NCBI GenBank assembly: GCA_963783575.1 | Contig: CAWAOD010000015.1 | Coordinates: 160,001 to 224,000, forward strand | Source of the DNA: an uncultured Spirochaetota bacterium | GTDB lineage: Bacteria; Spirochaetota; Brevinematia; Brevinematales; JAOACQ01 | DNA: 64,000 nucleotides | Direction of reading: 5' to 3' | Part shown: piece after piece, positions 41,859-52,416 of the stretch | How positions within the stretch are numbered: the stretch's first letter is position 1 | Layout of the letters: every line of letters begins with the position of its first letter | Notes under the pieces: model-generated | The model's database searches: none | Told to the model about the DNA's origin: nothing | What the model saw: only the letters and a program-made list of their open reading frames with translations | Made by a program: the position numbers and the translations under genes

Positions 41859-43421
41859 ATGGCAGGAATGGTGAAAAATATTATGTATCAGGACATAAAA
41901 AAACTGAAACTTTTGGGGAAAAGTAAAAATGGTGTATCCCGGGAACTGTCAATAGATATTAAGACAGTCCGGAAATATTGGACTATGAACGATGCTGAAT
42001 ACCAGAAAAGCCTGATGGAATTCTCTTTCCGTGAAAAAGAATTCGAAGGAATAAAAACAGACATATTGAAAGTATATGCAAAGAATGATTACATCCGGCT
42101 GAATATGTCTGCTTTGTATGACTATTTATTGGAGGTAAAAGGCAAACTACCGGCGAATGAAAATACGATGAGGAATTTCGTACATTACCTGATTGAAAGC
42201 GGGCAGCTTACCTTGAATGAAAAGCGACGGTATTACACAAAAGTGCCGGACATGCCATATGGAAAGCAGCTCCAGCTTGATTTCGGTCAATATACCGACA
42301 GATATGGCAGAAGGTATTACATATTTGCCGCGGTGTTATCCGCCAGTCGTTTTAAGTATGCGGCCCTCCAGGAGAGGCCATTCCGGACAGAAGACCTGAT
42401 CAATCATCTGTTGGACTGTTTCGCATATATGGGCGGGATACCGCATGAACTTGTCATCGATCAGGACTGCACGATGGTTGCGAGTGAGAACTCAGGCGAT
42501 ATCATCTACACGAAAGACTTTCAGTATTTCATCGGGGAAATGGGTCTTAAATTGTATGTATGCCGGCCTTCAGACCCGGAAAGTAAGGGAAAGATTGAAA
42601 ACGTAGTCAAATTCATCAAGCACGGTTTCTTCTCAGTCCGGGAGTTCAACAGTTTAATGGAAGCGGAAGAAAGCCTGATGAAATGGCTGGAAAGAAAAGC
42701 CAACGGGAGAATATCCCAGGCTACAATGAAAATACCACTGATAGAGATTGAAACGGAAAGACCATATCTCCAATCTGTCAGGAATTCGATATTCCGTAAA
42801 GACAGGATAGGAGCAAGGGAAGAGCGCAGTGTAAGCGATAAATGCCGGATCGCAGTTGATGCAAGCCAGTATGATATTCCCGAAAAATACAGGAACGGTT
42901 CGGTGGACATCTACAAGACGGGCAGTCGGCTTTTTGTCTTTGACAGGATAACGGGAGAGCAAATCGCCGAATACCGGCTTTCAGTGATTCCGGGGCAGAT
43001 TGTAACCAACAGGGCAATGATCCGGGAAATGGGAAAGAGTGTGCAGTTATTGAAAGAAGAAGTAAGCGGGTACTTTGATATTCCCGGCTGGAAGGATTTT
43101 CTTGAATGTAATTTCAGGAAGTTCAATCGTTATGTAAGGGACCAATGTCTTTCCGGAAGAAAATACTTCAGGGACAAGATAATTGATACCGGGAAGCTTA
43201 CACAAGCGATCTCAAACTGCCTGGAGAGTGATAGTTATTCCATGAAGGATTTGTGGGATAATTACCTGAACTGTTTTATAACAGAAAAGGCAGAAATACC
43301 CTTGAATGTTGAAAAGATTGTCAGGCCTTCAGTGAATCCTGAACACTATCTTGAAGTAGCTAAATCAGACATCGGGAAATACCAGAGTTTCTGTGACTCC
43401 ATCGGGGGCCGGCAATGTTGA
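41859..43421 (+). CDS. istA: IS21 transposase
   Basis: N-terminal HTH (KTVRKY), QLDFG, GGIPHELVIDQD, SKGKIENVVKFIK. Confidence 0.92.
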   Translation: MAGMVKNIMYQDIKKLKLLGKSKNGVSRELSIDIKTVRKYWTMNDAEYQKSLMEFSFREKEFEGIKTDILKVYAKNDYIRLNMSALYDYLLEVKGKLPANENTMRNFVHYLIESGQLTLNEKRRYYTKVPDMPYGKQLQLDFGQYTDRYGRRYYIFAAVLSASRFKYAALQERPFRTEDLINHLLDCFAYMGGIPHELVIDQDCTMVASENSGDIIYTKDFQYFIGEMGLKLYVCRPSDPESKGKIENVVKFIKHGFFSVREFNSLMEAEESLMKWLERKANGRISQATMKIPLIEIETERPYLQSVRNSIFRKDRIGAREERSVSDKCRIAVDASQYDIPEKYRNGSVDIYKTGSRLFVFDRITGEQIAEYRLSVIPGQIVTNRAMIREMGKSVQLLKEEVSGYFDIPGWKDFLECNFRKFNRYVRDQCLSGRKYFRDKIIDTGKLTQAISNCLESDSYSMKDLWDNYLNCFITEKAEIPLNVEKIVRPSVNPEHYLEVAKSDIGKYQSFCDSIGGRQC

Positions 43422-44164
43422 AGATAAGAGAACAAATCATAACTGCGCTTACAACTCTCGGGTTGAAGGGTATGATAAAACGGATTGATGAGGAAATTGG
43501 TGAGGCTGAAAAGGCAAAAGAGTCTTATCTGAGTTTTCTGCAGAGGCTGCTTTCTCTGGAATTGAATTATAGAGTGGAAAAACGTTTTCAGCGGAATATG
43601 GCAGGAGCACACTTCCCGGTCCGCAAAGATGTGGAAGGTTTTAATTTTGAAAAAGTGAATGGAATATCTAAAATGGATGTTTCACAGCTATTGGATTTCT
43701 GCTGGATTGATAATCATCATAACCTGTTGTTCTTTGGGTCTCCGGGGCTGGGGAAAACGCATCTGGCAATTAGTATCGGAATCCGGGCAGTTGAAAAGGG
43801 ATATATTGTCTGCTTTGAAAGGATGACTACTCTCATTAAGTTTCTGAAAACGGCGGACATCCAGAGAAGCTCTGCTTTCAGGCTGAACCGGATGATGAAG
43901 TCACACTTATTAATCATTGATGAGATAGGTTACACGCCTATCGAAAAGAAGGAGGCAAATCTATTCTTTAGTCTTGTAAGTGAATTGTATGAAAAGACAT
44001 CGATAGTGATAACATCGAATAAGGGATTTCAGGATTGGGCTGAAATGATGGGAGACCCGATTATGACAACCGCTCTTCTGGACAGGCTTTTACATCATTC
44101 AAATATTTATAACTTGAGCGGAGAATCTTACAGAATACAAAATTTGAATAAGGAGGTTGAGTAA
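43415..44164 (+). CDS. istB: IS21 helper AAA+ ATPase
   Basis: GSPGLGKTHLA, LLIIDEIGY, ITSNK, LLDRLLHH. Confidence 0.95.
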   Translation: MLKIREQIITALTTLGLKGMIKRIDEEIGEAEKAKESYLSFLQRLLSLELNYRVEKRFQRNMAGAHFPVRKDVEGFNFEKVNGISKMDVSQLLDFCWIDNHHNLLFFGSPGLGKTHLAISIGIRAVEKGYIVCFERMTTLIKFLKTADIQRSSAFRLNRMMKSHLLIIDEIGYTPIEKKEANLFFSLVSELYEKTSIVITSNKGFQDWAEMMGDPIMTTALLDRLLHHSNIYNLSGESYRIQNLNKEVE

Positions 44165-44376
44165 CCATTCTTGCCTCCTCCTATGGGAAAAACTCCCGTG
44201 GAAGGGGTGGGAAATTACCCGAGTACAGGTATGGGAAAAACTCTTGACATTTCCAATTATGAGAAAATCTTTAATAAACCTGGAATAACAACACCTCTGT
44301 ATAAACCGATTGCTTCACATGAAATGGCGTTCATGCGAAGGGGACGCCTTTTTCTTTGATTACTTTCTTTTTCCGC

Positions 44377-46110
44377 GGCCTTGTCTGTCGAAAAACTATA
44401 AAAAGAGAAAAAGCGATTTTCTATAACATTCGGATATCACATTTGATTTCTAGGATATCCGAAAATTAATCTCATATACAATTTATTATAGCTTAAATTA
44501 CATAATTACACTCCTGTACCATTTTATATCATTCTCATATACTCAATCCTTTGCATATTACAGCCTGAAAATATTTTCCCAAATTATGTGAAGTGGAATT
44601 CCAGAGCCAATCCATTTCTACTTTTTCTTTTCCACGATAATAGGTTTGAGAAAAATCTTTCTGCGTTTTAAGGTTGGCAAAATTGTGTTCCTTTCCAATT
44701 CTCTTGCTGTATATCTTTTGCCCTTCATCACTTCTCAATTTATTAAGATAACTGTCGATTTCCTTTCTGTTCTCTAACTCAAACAGATTGAAATTTACAG
44801 TCTTTTGGTTTCTGCTGGGATTTATGTTCGTATAACATTCCTTATTATTTTCACATTCCTTACATTGTGATCGATTATAGAAAAAGTGGATTTTGCCTCT
44901 TTTATCATCAATGTATCCTTTGGTATTTAATCCACCACAGCACTTTAACCGATACTCTCTGTTATCACCTTTTATGATTTCAAAATTCTTTCTCTTTTGT
45001 ACCTCTTTCCCAAAATCTCTCTCTTTTATATCAATATAGCAATCCAATCCTTTTTCTTCCATTTCCAGAATGTCTGTCATATTTTGAAATCCCGAATCCA
45101 GCAGGTACTTACTTTCCTGCTTTACCCCCAATTCCTCTTTAAGCTTTTCCACTTCCTCAATCATGGGTTTCGCACTGTATTTCTCATTCAATTTATCGTT
45201 TTCACAGCTTAGTATTATGTCATTGTTACTGATCATCATTCTTATATTATATCCCTGAATATATCCGCTCTTGTCAGGCCCCAATGTAAGAGAGCTGTCG
45301 GGATCGGTTAAATTATAATGATCTTTGCCTGTAATGGTTTTGTCTCCTTCTTTTAATCTTTCTTCTTCAAGCATCTTTTGATAAACTTCCACCTGTTCCA
45401 TCACTCTGTTGTAAAGCTTTTCCTGACGTTCTATACGCTTTTTTTCAGCCATATACTTTTCTTCTTCCAATTCACCACGATTTAGTTTCTCATCTGTCTC
45501 CAAACTCCTTTTAACTACTTTGGTTGCCATTTTGCGGTAAGTTCTCATCACTTTGTCGGCTCTTTCCCTGGTCATCGTCTTTGACTTTGATGCATTGGCT
45601 TTGATTTTCGTTCCGTCCCCCACAACTACATCCCAATCAATCTCTCCTATGTTATTTAATAAAAAAAGAATTGTCGCAAACAGATTTGTAATTTCGTCAT
45701 CAAACTGGATTTTAAAATCGCAAAGCTTTGAATGATCTATGCTAAGACGGTTTGATACATACATAAATCCTATGTGGGTTCTGAGAAGATTTTCTACCTT
45801 GCGGCTGGAATGGATTCCTTGCAAATAACCATAGAGAATCGCAGATATAACATCTTGAGGATGTTTCCCTTTCCGCCCTGTTTCATCATTGGAATAATAT
45901 TTATCAAACCTTTGTATATCAATGTATTTCGCCACAAACTTTTTTAGAAGGACTTCACGGCTGTATTCATCGAATTGTTCCTGCAAATTGATGGCTAACA
46001 ATTCTCCCTGGTCTAGATTTCCTCTCTTATATCTCGCCATTGTCTTTCCCCTCTTTAATTTTGCAACTAACTATTATATCATATTTTCGGATTTTTCGAC
46101 AGACAAGGCC
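44377..46110 (-). mobile_element. IS1182-family insertion sequence (coordinates include flanking GGCC)
   Basis: ggccttgtctgtcgaaaaa / tttttcgacagacaaggcc inverted ends. Confidence 0.85.
44535..46040 (-). CDS. IS1182-family transposase
   Basis: LYGY..SSRKVE, DGTKIKANAS, NLTDPDS, IQGYN, LDSGF, EHNFANLK. Confidence 0.88.
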   Translation of the reverse strand: MARYKRGNLDQGELLAINLQEQFDEYSREVLLKKFVAKYIDIQRFDKYYSNDETGRKGKHPQDVISAILYGYLQGIHSSRKVENLLRTHIGFMYVSNRLSIDHSKLCDFKIQFDDEITNLFATILFLLNNIGEIDWDVVVGDGTKIKANASKSKTMTRERADKVMRTYRKMATKVVKRSLETDEKLNRGELEEEKYMAEKKRIERQEKLYNRVMEQVEVYQKMLEEERLKEGDKTITGKDHYNLTDPDSSLTLGPDKSGYIQGYNIRMMISNNDIILSCENDKLNEKYSAKPMIEEVEKLKEELGVKQESKYLLDSGFQNMTDILEMEEKGLDCYIDIKERDFGKEVQKRKNFEIIKGDNREYRLKCCGGLNTKGYIDDKRGKIHFFYNRSQCKECENNKECYTNINPSRNQKTVNFNLFELENRKEIDSYLNKLRSDEGQKIYSKRIGKEHNFANLKTQKDFSQTYYRGKEKVEMDWLWNSTSHNLGKYFQAVICKGLSI

Positions 46111-46170
46111 TGGAAAAAGAAAGTAATAAAGCCGCATTGCCGTGCTTTACGGCAAAAATTTATAGTTTTT

Positions 46171-46689
46171 TTATATAAACAAAGCGATTTCCCCAACCGG
46201 TTTCCGTTCTTTCATCCCTGAAGGTTTGTAATCCGGTTTGGGATAACCAAGCGGGGTGATGGCAAATACCATTTCATTATCTTTCAATCCCATGGCTGAG
46301 GCCAGCAACGGATATTGAAAAGCTTCAATCCAGCATGTGCTAACTCCTTCCGCCGTAGCAGCGAGAATAATATGATCCATGGCAATTGCAAGATCTGTTT
46401 CCAGAGAATTGTAGCCGTCGTATTTCCTGACCCAGGCCTTATCATGGAATCCCTTAACAATCAGAATATGCGGAGCATCTTGAAGCCATGTCCGCTGGTA
46501 GCATTGTTTGATTTTTTCAAGTATTTTCGGGTTTGAAACAACTATAAACTGCCAGGGCTGCAGATTAACGGCAGAAGGTGCAAACCTCCCCGCCTCTATT
46601 ATCCGTAAAATGATTTCGTACGGAACCTTCTTCTCAGGATCATAATTTCGAACGCTAACTCTTCGTTTTACCAGTTCAAGAAAATCCAT
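46171..46689 (-). CDS. Nitroreductase-family protein
   Basis: KRRVSVRNY, APSAVNLQPW, GVSTCWI, LGYP. Confidence 0.92.
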   Translation of the reverse strand: MDFLELVKRRVSVRNYDPEKKVPYEIILRIIEAGRFAPSAVNLQPWQFIVVSNPKILEKIKQCYQRTWLQDAPHILIVKGFHDKAWVRKYDGYNSLETDLAIAMDHIILAATAEGVSTCWIEAFQYPLLASAMGLKDNEMVFAITPLGYPKPDYKPSGMKERKPVGEIALFI

Positions 46690-46719
46690 AATGTTACCTC
46701 CGGTGTTTGGCGCGGAACA

Positions 46720-47280
46720 TCATTGCGCTCCATAGCTTATAATTAGCTTAAGGTAATCAATGCCATACAGTACAAGTTTCAGCACAAGCCCGAAAACAAG
46801 ACCAGCAACTATCGCGGAGACTATGTCTGTCCTCATTTCGACTTCCTTCTCCTTTTTTACGGACAGCGATACAATTTCAATTAATATTATTGTGATCATA
46901 ATAACAATAACAATAGTTACAAAAAAATAAAACCTGCTTATTTTTTCTGTTAATCTGTAAGCCTGATCGGAAATGAAATAGACAAAAGCTGAAATAACAC
47001 CCCTGTAGACAGATTCAAGATATTTTATTTTATTTATGCCTTTTATAAAAAACGGAAAAAAGAAAATAAATAAAACCAGAAAAATCATACCGATTGAAAT
47101 TCCTGTCAATAATTCTGCAGAAAGAGTCCCGTTTACAATACCGATATCCTGGTTGATAAATTCGATCACGTTGTCGAAAAGATGGAAATAATATTGAATA
47201 ACATATAATCCCGCCAGTAAAACGGCAAAAACAATAATTGTTATAAAAATCCTCTTTAAATAATTAATCACTCTCGGCAT
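46720..47280 (-). CDS. Hypothetical membrane protein
   Basis: About 5 hydrophobic segments; GGAG SD before ATG 47280. Confidence 0.7.
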   Translation of the reverse strand: MPRVINYLKRIFITIIVFAVLLAGLYVIQYYFHLFDNVIEFINQDIGIVNGTLSAELLTGISIGMIFLVLFIFFFPFFIKGINKIKYLESVYRGVISAFVYFISDQAYRLTEKISRFYFFVTIVIVIMITIILIEIVSLSVKKEKEVEMRTDIVSAIVAGLVFGLVLKLVLYGIDYLKLIISYGAQ

Positions 47281-47583
47281 AATTTCTCCCAATATATTGT
47301 ATTATAATTATTTTATGTCAAAACATTGAAATAATCAAGAAGGATGGGCTGCAAAGTATAAAGCTTGATTGATTTTAGGAAATTATAATATTGATTATAC
47401 TGCATTTAACTTGATTTATTATTTGATTAGATATAGACTTTTAAAGTAAGTTAATACTAAAATAATTTACTCATATTTAGTATATTGAGAATCAATAAAT
47501 TGTGACATAATAAAGCACATCAAAAAATCAAAAATCTTCGGTTAAAAATTCTATCAAGATTACGGGGGTAATTTCTGATTAAA

Positions 47584-48666
47584 TTGCATGAATTAATAGA
47601 CAATATTTTAGGGACAAAAATTATCCAACCGGAGAATAAGCATTTTTATACTTTAATCGAGAACAGCTCCTTATTCGGTTTCTGGGGTCACACTTTATTC
47701 ATCTTCATCCTTGCCTGGATAGGAATTAAACCTCTGGTTTATTATAATATCTTCAGTTCTTTTATTTATATGATCTGCTATTTAATCAACAGAAAAGGCT
47801 TTCATTATTCAGCGCAGATTCTTGGATCTTTAGAAATAATATTTCATGCATGGCTGGCTGTAATTTTGATCGGCTGGAGCAGCGGTTTTCATTATTATAT
47901 ACTTAGCATTGTTCCAATTGCCCTGTTTTCTCCGAAAAGAAATTTTTCATTCAAATTGATTATTGTTCTTTTATTTTTTGCCTCTTATTTAGGATTGAAT
48001 ATTTATAGTAATTTTTCAATCCCAATATACATATTAAATAATATAATAATCACCGGATTCAATTATATGAATATTATTGGTATTTTTTTGATTTTATTTC
48101 TTTTAGCTTATTTTTATTATAAAACAGTAAGGGAAACCGAAAATGAATTAATACAGACAAATAAGCACTTTGAAGAACTCGCAAGTATTGATTCTTTGAC
48201 AAAGCTTTTAAACCGGAGATCAATTTTAGATATCATCAAGAATGAGGAAATCAGGTTCAAAAGAAGCGGGAAGCCTTTTGTTATTATGATTATCGATATT
48301 GATGACTTTAAGCGATTCAACGATCAATATGGCCATGACTGCGGTGATTTTATACTGAAAGAATTGTCGGTACTTTTAAAAAACCTTCTCAGGGAGCAGG
48401 ATTTCATATCCAGATGGGGCGGGGACGAACTGCTAATATTGCTGACCGAAACAGAGATCGATAGAGGCTTTCTAATTGCTGAGAGAGTGAGGCAAAAAAT
48501 CTGTAACGAATTGTTTTTGTATCATGGCATCGAACTTCATGTAACAATAACTTTCGGAATATCTCAATTAGAAAGCCATTGTGATGCCGACCAATGCATA
48601 ATCAAGGCGGACCAGGCTTTGATCGAGGGTAAAAAAATGGGTAAAAATATTGTTATAAAAAAGTAG
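47584..48666 (+). CDS. Membrane-bound GGDEF diguanylate cyclase
   Basis: N-terminal TMs; DSLTKLLNRR, DIDDFK, RxxD I-site, RWGGDEL. Confidence 0.88.
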   Translation: MHELIDNILGTKIIQPENKHFYTLIENSSLFGFWGHTLFIFILAWIGIKPLVYYNIFSSFIYMICYLINRKGFHYSAQILGSLEIIFHAWLAVILIGWSSGFHYYILSIVPIALFSPKRNFSFKLIIVLLFFASYLGLNIYSNFSIPIYILNNIIITGFNYMNIIGIFLILFLLAYFYYKTVRETENELIQTNKHFEELASIDSLTKLLNRRSILDIIKNEEIRFKRSGKPFVIMIIDIDDFKRFNDQYGHDCGDFILKELSVLLKNLLREQDFISRWGGDELLILLTETEIDRGFLIAERVRQKICNELFLYHGIELHVTITFGISQLESHCDADQCIIKADQALIEGKKMGKNIVIKK

Positions 48667-48680
48667 TTTTATTAGGGATT

Positions 48681-50177
48681 TTATATCCCCAGGATTTCTT
48701 TAATTACTTCTCTTCCCTGTTTTAATTCGATTACTTTTGAATGGTTAATTTTAAGCTTTTCCAATCCGTTCAAAGCATGGTATTCAGGTATTCCGGAAAT
48801 TCCGCTAAGTTTTTCGGCGGCTAAAATTTCATCCTTAACAGCAGAATCTCCTGTTAGGGCAAAATATACGGCCTGATTGAACTTAAACGGAGAAGCAGTC
48901 CCGCAGATAAAAGCCGGGGTAAAATCGCCTTTTGACTTTTTGTATTTTTCATAAACGGAAACACCGACCGCAGTATGCGGATCAAGAAGATAACCGGTTT
49001 TTTCAAAGGTTGTTTTAATCTGTAAAAATGTTTCTTCTTCTGTTGCAAAATCTCCGTAAAGAATATTTTTAAGACGCTGACGAGTGGTTTCATCTACCTT
49101 GAACTGGCCTCTCTCAGTAAGTTCCTGGTACCACCGGTTTATTTTCAATGCGTTGTGATTTGTGATTTCAAAAAGAAATCTTTCAAGGTTAGATGAAATC
49201 AGAATATCCATAGACGGACTGGAAGTTTTGAAAAATTCCCTCTTTCTATTATAAATTCCAGTATTAATAAAATCAGATAGTACATTATTTTTGTTGGATG
49301 CGCAAATGAGATTTTTTATCGGAAGACCCATTTCTCTCGCGTAAAACCCGGCCAGAATGTTGCCGAAATTACCGGTTGGAACGACCGTATTTATTTGATC
49401 ACCGGGCTGAATCTTATTACTGCGGATCATCTGCATATAAGCCCAGAAATAATATACGATCTGAGGTACAAGCCTTCCCCAATTTATTGAATTCGCCGAA
49501 GACAGGTCAAAGTTTTTATTATTAAGATACAAATTGAAGGTATTATCAGCGAAGATATTTTTAACCATATTCTGGCAGTCGTCAAAATTCCCTCTGACAC
49601 CGACCACGAATGTATTTGATCCTGATGTTGTCAGCATTTGCAGTTCCTGAACCCTGCTGACGCCTTCCTTTGGGTAAAAAACTATTATCTTTGTACCGGT
49701 AACATCTTTATAACCTTCGAGTGCGGCTTTACCGGTATCTCCTGAAGTAGCGACAAGGATTACTATTTCTCTGTTCCTTTTAAGTTTCTTTGCTCCAGCA
49801 GTCAGAAAATAAGGCATTATCTGGAGCGCGATATCCTTAAACGCCGCTGTAGGGCCATGCCATAGCTCAAGCACCGCTGTTTTTTCATCAAAAAAATTTA
49901 AAGGAGCTATCAGTTCATTATCGAATTTATCCTTATTGTACGCCGAGGAAATAAAAGATTTTATCTCTTCTTCATTATAATCTTTGACGGTACCGGTCAT
50001 AAAAGGTTTTAAAATGGAGTATGCCAGTTCTTGATAATTCAAGTCCTCAAGGGATTCCATTTCAATTCCGGGTATTTGTTCCGGAATAAAGAGGCCTCCA
50101 CGGGGTACCATTCCAAGGACTATCGCCTGAGCGCTGCTGACAGTATCATAATTACCCCTGGTACTGATATAATTCAT
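48681..50177 (-). CDS. thrC: Threonine synthase
   Basis: YISTRG, LELWHGPTAAFKD, ATSGDTGKA, SANSINWGR, VPTGNFGN. Confidence 0.95.
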   Translation of the reverse strand: MNYISTRGNYDTVSSAQAIVLGMVPRGGLFIPEQIPGIEMESLEDLNYQELAYSILKPFMTGTVKDYNEEEIKSFISSAYNKDKFDNELIAPLNFFDEKTAVLELWHGPTAAFKDIALQIMPYFLTAGAKKLKRNREIVILVATSGDTGKAALEGYKDVTGTKIIVFYPKEGVSRVQELQMLTTSGSNTFVVGVRGNFDDCQNMVKNIFADNTFNLYLNNKNFDLSSANSINWGRLVPQIVYYFWAYMQMIRSNKIQPGDQINTVVPTGNFGNILAGFYAREMGLPIKNLICASNKNNVLSDFINTGIYNRKREFFKTSSPSMDILISSNLERFLFEITNHNALKINRWYQELTERGQFKVDETTRQRLKNILYGDFATEEETFLQIKTTFEKTGYLLDPHTAVGVSVYEKYKKSKGDFTPAFICGTASPFKFNQAVYFALTGDSAVKDEILAAEKLSGISGIPEYHALNGLEKLKINHSKVIELKQGREVIKEILGI

Positions 50178-50358
50178 TAAATTACCCTCAATATAGTTCA
50201 AACATTATTATAAAAACAAAACGGCTAAGAGTAAAGGAAAATTGATTACTCATTACTGTGTGTCAAAATTATTCGGAGTATTTTTGAAGCCCTTGTTTAA
50301 CAAACATTTTTAATATTCCGATGAATTAATAGAAATTGCGGAATAAGGTTATTGAAAT

Positions 50359-50997
50359 ATGAAAATGAATTTACCGGTAATTTTATTTTTAATGCTTTTA
50401 TCTAATCCAATTTATACCGATTCGGATTTAAAAAGTATATTTTACTCAAATGTGGTCAGTATAGCTGAAAAAGCTATCGGTATGACTGAATTGCCGGTTA
50501 TTAAAGGGGAAAAATTCCGGCCGGATTGCATAGGTTTCGTGAGGTATGTTTATTACAGGGCGGGACTTGATCTAGTGAAAGTATACGGGAACGGCCGCGG
50601 TGGCGTAAGTTCGCTTTATGACGGCCTGGAGAAGCGGGGACTTGTTTATACCGGGCGGCTTCCTGAACCGGGGGACCTTATTTTTTTCGATAATACCTAT
50701 GATGTCAACGGGAACAGTAAATGGGACGATCCGCTGAGCCATATCGCAATAGTTGAAGCTGTCGGAAAACACAATACTATTTATTATATAGATTATTCAA
50801 ATTCCAGAGTCAGCGAGGAAAGGCTTAATTTAAGTTATCCTAATACCCATGCCTTCAGGCAGGCGGACGGCAAATATTTTATAATAAATTCCTTTTTAAG
50901 AAGGGACAGGGGTGAGGGACTGGAACGGAAAGATTATGTTTCCTCTTTTTTTTTCAGAGCTTTTGCTCATATCAGGGTTAACAAGCGTACCGCTTGA
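50359..50997 (+). CDS. NlpC/P60 (CHAP-like) peptidoglycan hydrolase
   Basis: Signal peptide, DCIGFVRYVY, PGDLIFF, SHIAIV. Confidence 0.85.
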   Translation: MKMNLPVILFLMLLSNPIYTDSDLKSIFYSNVVSIAEKAIGMTELPVIKGEKFRPDCIGFVRYVYYRAGLDLVKVYGNGRGGVSSLYDGLEKRGLVYTGRLPEPGDLIFFDNTYDVNGNSKWDDPLSHIAIVEAVGKHNTIYYIDYSNSRVSEERLNLSYPNTHAFRQADGKYFIINSFLRRDRGEGLERKDYVSSFFFRAFAHIRVNKRTA

Positions 50998-51057
50998 TCG
51001 CTATGAAATCCAATGAAGGATATTTGTCAGATCGAAGGTCACTCACCACAGAATTAA

Positions 51058-51639
51058 TTATTCCAGCATTTTTCTTTGTATTCTGGCTGACTGTTCGGGA
51101 TCCATCAGGGACAAAAGATAAGATACAATTGACTGACGGCCTGTTTCTGTCGCCCTGGTTTCCATGCGTTTGAGAATATCTATAATGAACATATCATCCT
51201 GCTTCTCCAGAATCTTAACCGCATTTTGAGGCGGCATGCCTTCTATCCAGGCCGCTTGCTGATCCACCTGAACATCATAGGTTTCTTTTTTAGCCTTTTC
51301 TTTTTCAAAATTATCTATCATATTCCGGGTATTTTCGCGTTCTTTAGCGACATTCTCTTTTTCGATCAGGATATTCCTGGTTTCTTCCTCGAGCTTCTTT
51401 TTATCGCTTTCAAAGTTTCTGATCTTTTCATCAAGAATTTGTTCTTTCTTTTCAAGTTCCAGCTTTTCCAGGAGATAAGGGTCTTCGATCTTTACCGCAT
51501 AAGCCTCGCGTATGAAAGGAACGCTGCTTAAAATCTGCTTGTAGTCAATGATCTGCAGCATATCCAGGATGTATAAGGATAGAAAAGCAAGCCCCAGGTT
51601 GATTAATAATAAAAAAAGTACCCGGTTATTTCGGTTCAT
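51058..51639 (-). CDS. flbB: FlbB-like periplasmic flagellar collar protein (MotE/MgtE-N-like C-terminus)
   Basis: N-terminal TM, coiled coil, GMPPQNAVKIL..SIVSYLLSLMDP..A; downstream of fliJ. Confidence 0.75.
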   Translation of the reverse strand: MNRNNRVLFLLLINLGLAFLSLYILDMLQIIDYKQILSSVPFIREAYAVKIEDPYLLEKLELEKKEQILDEKIRNFESDKKKLEEETRNILIEKENVAKERENTRNMIDNFEKEKAKKETYDVQVDQQAAWIEGMPPQNAVKILEKQDDMFIIDILKRMETRATETGRQSIVSYLLSLMDPEQSARIQRKMLE

Positions 51640-51663
51640 ACGGTTCTTTTCTCCGGCAGTTTA

Positions 51664-52392
51664 TTATTCGAAATTCTTAAATTCATTATAATATTTCAGG
51701 ACCTGTTTAACATAATTTTGTGTTTCATCGTACGGCGGAATGTCGCCGTATTTGTCCACAACTCCCGGTCCGGCATTATATGCGGCCAGGGCAAGGTTTA
51801 AGTTATTATTGTATTTATTCAAAAGCATTTTAAGATATTTAGTGCCGCCGATAATGTTGTCATGGGTATTATAAGGATCGGAAATCCCCAATAATCCGGC
51901 GGTTTCGGGCATTATCTGCATAAGCCCCATTGCTCCCTTCGGTGAAGTCGCATTATTATCATATTCCGATTCCTGTTTTATAACGGCCTTGATAAGTGAT
52001 CTGTCCACGCCGTAAGTGCCGGAAGCTTCCGAAATTGTGTTTGAGATTTCGGTATTTTTATTCTCGGAACGCAAATTTTGATACAGAAGTTTAAGCATTT
52101 CCTCGCTTTCTTTTTTATTTCCGATCAGCCGGTTAATTTTGCCGATATCGCTTCCGGATAAGGAATCGGTTTCACCGGAATTATCCGCTCCTTGTAAAGA
52201 ACCGTTTTCATCAAGTACCTGCTTCAAAATCTCGTTAAAAGTCTTTTGATTTCCGGAATTTTCATTGTTATTATCTTTAATTTCCGGTTTAAGACCTTTA
52301 ATTTCAGAATTCTTCCCTAGTGATTTAATTTCTTCTATCCTTGCGCCGATTTCTGATATCCGGCCGATTACGCCTGAAATTCCTTCAACCAT
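51664..52392 (-). CDS. Lytic transglycosylase (SLT domain)
   Basis: AVIKQES, SPKGAMGLMQIMP, ALAAYNAG, ETQNYV. Confidence 0.93.
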   Translation of the reverse strand: MVEGISGVIGRISEIGARIEEIKSLGKNSEIKGLKPEIKDNNNENSGNQKTFNEILKQVLDENGSLQGADNSGETDSLSGSDIGKINRLIGNKKESEEMLKLLYQNLRSENKNTEISNTISEASGTYGVDRSLIKAVIKQESEYDNNATSPKGAMGLMQIMPETAGLLGISDPYNTHDNIIGGTKYLKMLLNKYNNNLNLALAAYNAGPGVVDKYGDIPPYDETQNYVKQVLKYYNEFKNFE

Positions 52393-52416
52393 ATTCCCCT
52401 CTTTCTGATCTTTTTA

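Larger units (their letters stand above)
41743..44255 (+). mobile_element. IS21-family insertion sequence
   Basis: TGGAAATG...CATTTCCA ends, ATTAT 5-bp direct repeats (41738-41742, 44256-44260), internal ttcccata/tatgggaa repeats, istA and istB. Confidence 0.88.
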
